Shown here in pieces: positions 55,939 through 64,000 of a stretch of DNA of 64,000 bases. The position numbers and the translations under genes are program-made. This stretch comes from the human T2T-CHM13v2.0 reference genome, Homo sapiens. The stretch is taken from assembly GCF_009914755.1 (NCBI RefSeq), contig NC_060941.1. One strand, written 5' to 3'. Below the pieces are notes generated by a model. It was not told the origin of the DNA. It made no database searches and was given only the letters and a program-made list of their open reading frames with translations. How positions within the stretch are numbered: position 1 is the first letter of the stretch; each line of letters opens with the position of its first letter.

Positions 55939-55992
55939 TTTTAATTTAGTTTTATTTATTTTGAGACGGAGTCTCCCGCTGTAGCCGAGGCT
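55939..55992 (-). mobile_element. Severely 5'-truncated Alu
   Basis: ~50 bp Alu 3' end flanked by TSD GCTAAATCTCT. Confidence 0.75.
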
Positions 55993-56049
55993 CATTGCTA
56001 AATCTCTAGAGGAAAGAATTGGCTAGGTGGGTGCAGATTTGGAAGACTT

Positions 56050-56256
56050 AGTATGAAAAAAAGAATGTAAACTATCTCCTTAATACTTTTTAATATCAAT
56101 GAGGCATTAAGATGAAAATACTTTGGGTGTGCTAGGTTAAATAAAATACGTGACTAAAATTAATTTCATTTGTTTCCTTTTACTTTTTTAATGTGGCTAA
56201 TGAAAAACTTGAAACTACATACATGGCTCATATGCTATTTCCATCGGATGATGCTG
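56050..56256. mobile_element. MER33-like hAT-Charlie fragment
   Basis: AAAAAGAATGTAAA...GGTTAAATAAAATA...AAAATTAATTTCA...TTTAATGTGGCTA. Confidence 0.7.
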
Positions 56257-56459
56257 ATCTTGAACATCTTCTGACACACAGTAGGTACCCTACAAATATT
56301 TGTTGAATGAATACATCTGGAAAACAGCGGCACAGCCCCATCTGGGTTTGTGTGGAGGGGTCTGGGTTGTGGACACAGAACTGTCATCAGAGAGATGGTG
56401 CCCACCATAGCATGGATAGTGTTCGGGCATGGCAGTGGTGTAGGCCTGGGGACACCTTC

Positions 56460-56960
56460 AGTTTCTCATCCAACACATATTTACTGAGCACATACTACGT
56501 GCCATGGAAGGGGAGAGAGCAATGCCATCCTGCAGGAGAAGTGCTTTCCCTACGGAAGCGAGGGGCATCCAGCTCTGTCTTGGGGTGGGGGCTACCAGGG
56601 GAGCCCTCTCCTTGAAGGTGTCTGTTTTCTTCCCAAGTGACAACAATAGGTGGGTGGGCATTAGCTAGGGGAGGAGAAGGCTGCAGGAAGCAGCGGCTAC
56701 TCTGGGCAAAGGAACAGCACGTTCAAACGCTTGGCAGCAAGCAGGTCTGGTGCTTGTTAGAAGAGAAAATTCCCTATGGTTCTGAGCACACCTGGAAGCC
56801 GGTGCTGTGGAGTCGAAGGCCTGACAGGGGCAGGGCTTCAGAAGGAAGCTTTGTGAAGGCGCTTGACTCACCCTGAGGGCAGGGGTGCTGCCCTCAGTCC
56901 CGGGTTTAAGTGGGGGGCGCTATTCAGAAACACCTCCCACTGCTGTGTGGGGCACAGGAG
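56460..56960 (-). mobile_element. L2 fragment
   Basis: CAACACATATTTACTGAGCACATACTACGTGCCA L2 3' end (antisense). Confidence 0.6.
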
Positions 56961-58442
56961 AGCTGAGAAAGACGCCAGGAACTCAGAAGGACAGGGTGGG
57001 GTGATGGCGGGGAACGCACAGCCTGGTAGGCAGGATGCGGTGAGGCCCGCAAGGTGCAGTCCGATGACGGCCCCTGGATTTCTCGCTTAGGTCCTGGGTG
57101 ATCTTATGGAGAGCAGCCCACTGGCTGGTGAAGGGGGAGGGCAGACGGGAGGGGAGACACAGGAGGGGGATGCGCTGCATAGGCAGCAGCTCTTCGAATG
57201 CCCGCAAGTAGGAAGAAGGGGGTGGTTGGAAGGGAAGGCAGGGCCGGGAGCGCGTGTGTTTTGGGAGCTTTCTCCTGAGGACAGAAGGGACTTTCCCGTT
57301 TATAGCCTGGGGGAGCAGTAGCGGCGGGGAGGATGAAGATGGAGGAGGGAGGCATAACACACGTCTGGGTTGCCCTCTGGCCCGCCGCCCACCCCCACCC
57401 CACCTCCATGAAAGCGCCCAGCCCCCGCCTCGCCACAAGGGGTACTGTGAGGATGTTGCTCATAGGCTCCCGAGGATTGAGGCCTGCCCGGGGAAAGGGA
57501 GCCTCTCCTCCTCTTCCCTCCCTGGGCGGGGTCTCTTGGGAGGGGGGGACAGACCTCCTGTGATGCCCTGGCAGGTGGGCTGGGTTAGGGTGGTAGGGAG
57601 GGAGCCATTGTGGCTGCAGCTGGCATCGGATCCTGGCCACCCCCGCAGTGCATATCAGAGATCACACACACACGCGTGCACACACAGAGGTCACGCCGGA
57701 TGTACACATGCACACATAGCGCACAAGGATGTTTCTGTGTACAGGTGTGCACACGCAGCCCACACAGAATGGACATGTGCGTGTGTGCACAATGCACTCA
57801 CACAAAGCTCACAGGGATGTGAGTACACAGCTCTCAAGGGGCATATGTTTCTGTGTGCATGTGCACACAGCTCACCCGGGAGGGTTACGTGTGTCTGTGT
57901 GCACAAGTGGGCCTCACGCAGGGTGTACACATGCGCGCACATGCACAGCGCTCACACAGGGTGTACAGGTGCGCGTGCACACAGCTCACAGTGCTTATGT
58001 GTCCGTGTATGCACACTCGCAGAGAGCCCACAGGGGGACCACTCTCTCTCTGAACACAGAGAGTGCCTGAGAATGCTGGCATCACAGTTGTTTTTGTCCC
58101 CAGTAAAACAACCACTCTCCACCTTCCGCTCTGTTCTCCCCCTCGGGTCCACTCTCTCTCAGGGTCCTGGTCTCCTTCCTTTCCACCTGGGTGGTGGCAT
58201 CCAGGACCTGCCTGAGTTCATTCTCCGCCCCCAGCCCGGCCTGCCCCAGGTGCCGCCGGCAGCCACTGGGAGGCAGTACGAGGCAAGTGCGATGCCGCCC
58301 GCGGGCCGTCCCCACAACGCGTCTCCTGCCGGGGCAGGTCCCGCGACAGCTCTGGTGGAAGCAGCTTCCGGCTTCTGCGGTGCGGGCGGAGGTGGCGGGG
58401 TCCGGCCCTCGCCGTCCAGTCCGCGCGAGGCGGTGCCCGCCC

Positions 58443-59327
58443 CTAGATGGCCAGATCTCGGCGGCCGGTGGCCGGTGACGCCTTGCCGCGGCCGCTGCCG
58501 CACTCGCGGAGGCTGGCCGGCGCCGGGTGCGCATAGGCCGGCGGGGCGCAGGGCTCGGGGCCGGGGCGCCGGGAGGGCAGGGCCGGTGGCGGAGGTGGCG
58601 GCGGCGGCGGCGGGAGCAGCTTCTGCGCCTCTTCGTGTGCACGGTTGCAGCGGTTGTCACGCTCCCCGGCGCGCGGGCGGCCCTTCCAGAGCAGGTGGCC
58701 CAGCTCGGCTACGCTGAGCAGCGCCGACAGCAGCCCCACCGCGAAATAGAAGAGCACGAAGACGGTCTTCTCGGTGGGCCGGCTCACGAAGCAGTCGACC
58801 GTGTGCGGGCAGGGCGGACCGGCGCACGCGAAGTGCGGGGCCACGCGGAAGCCGTAGAGCAGCGCCTGGCCGCCCAGGAAGGTCAGCTCGGCCAGCAGGC
58901 GCAGCGCCACGCTCAGCAGGTAGCAGCGGCGCGCGCGGCGGGCGCGCAGGGCGCACGGCGCGCACTGGGCCTCGGGCAGTCCGGGGGCGCACTGCGCCGC
59001 CGCCTCAGCGCCGCCCGCCTCCTTGCCTGCCCGGTGCATGGAGTAGACGACGAACAGCACCGGGGGCGCCGAGAGCAGCAGGATGTGGAAGAGCCAGAAG
59101 CGGTAGTGGGAGACCGGGAAGGCGCGGTCGTAGCAGGTCTGGCGACAGCCCGGCTGCAGCGTGTTGCACACGAACTCCTCTTGCTCGTCCTCGAACACGG
59201 CGCCGCCCACCGTGGCCAGCACCAGGATGCGGAAGATCAGCATGACCACCAGCCAGAGGCGGCCCACGAGCGGCGACTGCAGCTGCACGGCGTCCAGCAG
59301 CGAGCCCAGGAACGCCCACTCCCCCAT
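58443..59327 (-). CDS. GJD3: Gap junction delta-3 protein (connexin 31.9), 294 aa, uninterrupted CDS in a CpG island
   Basis: MGEWAFLGSLLD N-terminus; extracellular Cys motifs CNTLQPGCRQTC and CAGPPCPHTVDCFVSRPTEK; four hydrophobic segments; poly-Pro tail; C-terminal DLAI. Confidence 0.97.
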   Translation of the reverse strand: MGEWAFLGSLLDAVQLQSPLVGRLWLVVMLIFRILVLATVGGAVFEDEQEEFVCNTLQPGCRQTCYDRAFPVSHYRFWLFHILLLSAPPVLFVVYSMHRAGKEAGGAEAAAQCAPGLPEAQCAPCALRARRARRCYLLSVALRLLAELTFLGGQALLYGFRVAPHFACAGPPCPHTVDCFVSRPTEKTVFVLFYFAVGLLSALLSVAELGHLLWKGRPRAGERDNRCNRAHEEAQKLLPPPPPPPPPPALPSRRPGPEPCAPPAYAHPAPASLRECGSGRGKASPATGRRDLAI

Positions 59328-60704
59328 GGCGCTGGGGACGCGGGGCGGGGAGTCAGGGGATGGGGCAAGTCAGGGACCCCTGCCCCTTCCAAGCCTATCG
59401 GGGTGGGGTCCGTTGGACCTTCTCTGACTTCAGGGTGAGTCGTGAGGTAGGAGAGGCCCGGGTTTAGCGATGAGACCAGTATGAAACGGAGGGCCACGGG
59501 AGGGCCCGAGGGGAGCAGGCGACGCTCAGCTATGGGTTACCTTCTCTTTGGGACCGATGGGTGCTGGGGAGGATCCCCCATTTGCATTTTAGCCGCACCC
59601 CCTGAGCCGTCTCCGTTCGACCCTGGGATCCTCCAGATCCCAGATTCTTAGGAAGGACCTTGGAGATCAGCTGGACCAGCCCCTGACTTGCCTGGTTTCG
59701 GAAGCGGAAACCCAGCGGTGCCCTTAGCTGTCAAGGATGCTGTGGGAAGAGTGGAGCCTCGAACCCGAGACGCTAGACCCAATTTGGTGCCCATGGGAGG
59801 AGTGGGAGTGGCAGAGGCAGCGAGACCACTCCTTTCTTGGCCCACCATTTCTCTCACCATTTTTACTGCAGTGAACTCCTCTCAGGGTGGGGGGCTGGTA
59901 CAGAGGCAACTCCGCTTTCATAACTCTCACAGGGTCCTTTGTCGGAGGTGTCCCTGCCCTCCTACCCCAGCGTGGTGGGAGTGCGACGCCAGGCTTCTCC
60001 CTCCTCCCTGGCCTCCTGTGCCTCCAGCCTCCACATCTCCTGAGATCCTCCCCACCCCACACTTACACAGGTCCCCACACGCCCCTGGTGCCCCTAAACC
60101 GCCACCCAACCCCACTCACCCTGGGGCCGGGACTGGGGTGTCAGAGCTGAGCCAGGGACCTTGGGAGGTGGCTGGGACCGGCGCCTCCTGCTCCCTCTTT
60201 CATTTTCCCTTTCGGATTTGGCCAGGATGGAGGACAGGACAGGATGGCTGAGAGGGGCTAGCGCTCCCCCTTCTCTTAAAGGAACAGGGTGACCCTGCTG
60301 GCTGGCTCCGCCCTTGGGAACAGGCACGGACCACGCCCCTTGCTGGGCTCTGTGGCCCTCACTCTTTAGCTAAATTTCCATCTGGAAATGGGGGAGGGGG
60401 GTAACCAGAGCCACATCCTTTATCGAGGAAGCTGGGGGATTCCTAGAAGCCCTTCCCAGACAGACCCTCAGTCTGGAGCCTAGATCCACTACGCACTAAC
60501 CATGCCCTGTGAAGATGGTCTTCGGGGACAGAGGGAGGTTTGGTGCTGGAGTTTAAGGGGCAGCAAACATCTAACAGCTTCTGGTTCCAGCTCTGCCACC
60601 GCTCACCTTGGACAAATCATTCGGCGGTACTGAGCCAGGCTTTCCTGCCTTGTCAACAAAGGCGGCCAGTCCAGCTGACCCCCAAGTTTCCTTCCAGCTT
60701 TACA

Positions 60705-60805
60705 TCTTTTTTGGAACGGGGTCTCTCTACATAGCCCAGGTCGATCTTGAACTCCTGGCTTCAAGTGATCCTCACACCTTAGCCTCCTGAGTAGCTGGGA
60801 TTCTC
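60705..60805 (-). mobile_element. Alu monomer fragment
   Basis: GAACTCCTGGCTTCAAGTGATCCTC...GAGTAGCTGGGATT. Confidence 0.75.
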
Positions 60806-60941
60806 TACTTCTTAATATTGAATTCCCAACCATATTACAGAGAACCAAAAAAACCCTTGTGCCTGCAAAAAAAAAAAAAAAAAAAAAAATCCCATATGGA
60901 AAACCATTAAAATATCCCAAGTGCCTGGCTTTGATAGTTAA

Positions 60942-61653
<712 letters not shown>

Positions 61654-61959
61654 TAATGTGAAAAATAGGACTTTTTCCCCCCAGAAGGCTCTGAATTGAG
61701 AGTTCCCTCCTACTGCCCTGGGTGGCGGGGGAAGCTGTTTTATGGAGAAGGGAGTAAGGGTGACCGACGGTGATCTGAGTGGTCAGGGAGGGGACACTCC
61801 AGGCTGAGATGTTTGGTTGTCTGCTCTGCCTTCCTAGGGGTCCGCCTGAGTGCATAGCAAAACCCGCTTCACCTATGCACCTGCTGGGCCAGTCCCCGTG
61901 TGGAACCCCGTTAGCTCCATATGCCAATGAGCTCATTCGATTCTCTGTCAATGGTGGCA

Positions 61960-62080
61960 TGAGGGCACTATTTACACCAGGGGAAACTGAGACTCAGAGG
62001 GTCTAAGCCACTTGCCTGCTGTCGCGCAGCCGGTAAATAGCAGATCCAGGCCTATGCGAGGCCCAACTAGTTCTTGAGCC
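61960..62080 (-). mobile_element. MIR fragment
   Basis: GGGGAAACTGAGACTCAGAGGGTCTAAGCCACTTGCC. Confidence 0.7.
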
Positions 62081-63018
62081 CAAGCTCTTGAGCCTTTCAT
62101 GGAACTGTCCTCCATCCAGCCTGGCTGGGCTTCCCAGGTGCTGTCCCAGGGCCTGACAGTCCCCAGGAGGGGTTGCCTCTATGCCAGCCTTGTGTGGGGC
62201 TGGTGGGTGCAGGCACTGGAGGGAGGTCATGCCTGCCCCTCTGAAGAAGGGCAGCAGGACTCACCTCCTTGGTCACAGTTCCTCTCCCTATCAGCCATGG
62301 GTGCCTGTGTGGTTTTCCATATGCTGACGCAGACCCCCAGGTCCACTTTCAGGAAGGGGAAGGCACGTACCCTTCACCCACCACTCCCTCCAGCTCAGGG
62401 GCCCAGCCCCCGCAGGAAAAACTCTAGGTAAACTCCTGCTTGTGTGTGTTGGGGAACCCTCCTGCCCTCGTGCAGGCTTCCCTTGGGAGTGGGCCTGGGT
62501 GGGGGACGCTGCCCTGGAGAAAGTCCAAGGGAAAAAGCACATGCTGGAGCCCCAGATTCTGAAAACAGGATGTGGGTTGGGGGCGCTGCTGGCCTCACCC
62601 TCCCGACCTCCCTCTGCCCCTGGCAAAGCTGCTACCGGCCCCCTGCCCCCAGCCACAGGGGCTCAGGGTCACATCTCATCTCCCTTGACTGTCCAGGAAT
62701 GGTCCCCACCCCGTCCTGTCCCGTGGCTCCTGCTGGGTCAGGCCATTGGCGCCACCTGGAAAAAGCCCATCAGCCCTGCGGGAATGGAAAGCAGCTGAGG
62801 CGGTGGGCCAGGGTGGGGTGGGAAGTGGAGAGCCTACAGTCACCCTGTGCTGTCTGCAGCCTGTGATGCCACAGGGCCAGACCCAGAGACTCTACAATCT
62901 CAGGCCCGGTCCTCCTTCCCTGATAGCGCCATCCAGCCTGAGAGGAGGTGTTGCTGACGCTGCCTCCATCTGGCAGCCGGTGGCCCATTCTCGGCCATGC
63001 CTAAAGACTGGGGCCGGG

Positions 63019-63407
<389 letters not shown>

Positions 63408-63452
63408 TCATGTAAGACACACATAGGTGCACGTATGTGTTTGTACCCAGTA

Positions 63453-64000
63453 ACTATCAGCCATGGTCAACCCCACCATGTTCTTCAACATCGCCGCTGG
63501 CAGTGAGCCCTTGGGCTGTGTCGCCTTCGAGCTGTTTGCAGACAAGTTTCCAAAGACAGCAGAAAACTTTGGTGCTCTGAGCACTGGAGAGAAAGGGTTT
63601 GGTTATAAGAGTTCCTGCTTTCACAGAATTATTCCAGGGTATATGTGTCAGGGTGGTGGCTTCACACGCCATAATGGCACTGGTGGCAAGTCCATCTGCA
63701 GGGAGAAATCTGATGATGAGAACTTCTTCCTGAAGCATACAGTCCTGGCATCTTGTCCATGGCAAATGCTGGACCCAACACAAACCGTTCCCAGTTTTTT
63801 ATCTGCATTGCCAAGACTGAGTGGTTGGATGGCAAGGGTGTGGTCTTTGGCAAGGTGAAAGAAGGCATGAATATTGCAGAGGCCAGGGAGCGCTTTGGGT
63901 CCAGGAATGGCAAGACCAGCAAGATCACCATTGCTGACTGTGGGCAACTCTAATGAGTTTGACTTGTGTTTTATCTTAACCACCAGCCCATTCCTTCTGT
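63453..64000 (+). pseudogene. Processed cyclophilin A (PPIA) pseudogene, runs off the window end
   Basis: Intronless MVNPT...FHRIIPG.MCQGG; 1-nt deletion near 63742 splits it into ORFs 63463-63858 and 63753-63953; GKHVVFG changed to GKGVVFG; PPIA-like 3'UTR follows. Confidence 0.95.

Noticed and set aside
59688-60251. 187-aa plus-strand ORF upstream of GJD3
   Set aside because: TTG start, Pro-rich low complexity, no recognisable homology
63463-63953. PPIA copy as a functional retrogene
   Set aside because: Frameshift near 63742 and loss of the conserved His in GKHVVFG

Overview
Human (primate) genomic DNA containing the complete retinoic acid receptor alpha gene (RARA, + strand; 17q21 by established knowledge). 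RARA elements: a distal non-coding first exon (~4.7 kb), the P1 CpG-island promoter and exon 1 (~13.75 kb), RARalpha1 coding exon 2 (ATG 26730), the RA-inducible P2 promoter with DR5 RARE and RARalpha2 first exon (ATG 38217), and shared exons 3-9 (stop 51738; 462 aa for alpha1, 457 aa for alpha2), with the 3'UTR ending near 53.15 kb. Downstream lie the convergent connexin gene GJD3 (Cx31.9, - strand, 58443-59327) and a frameshifted processed PPIA pseudogene (63.46-64 kb). Alu, L1, L2, MIR and MER repeats are interspersed. Most six-frame ORFs are GC-rich or Alu-derived noise. The most striking structure not explained by the known gene model is in RARA intron 3: a candidate 47-nt frameshifting exon (44226-44272) whose body and 5' splice site pair with a downstream non-repeat inverted sequence (44341-44388), suggesting an RNA-structure-gated poison or alternative-start exon. 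Other leads: an apparent 5'UTR intron for GJD3, an in-frame alternative first exon in an intron-2 CpG island, an RFX-flanked PBX/HOX-MEIS motif cluster in intron 4, and a P2 promoter collinear with the RARbeta2 promoter.
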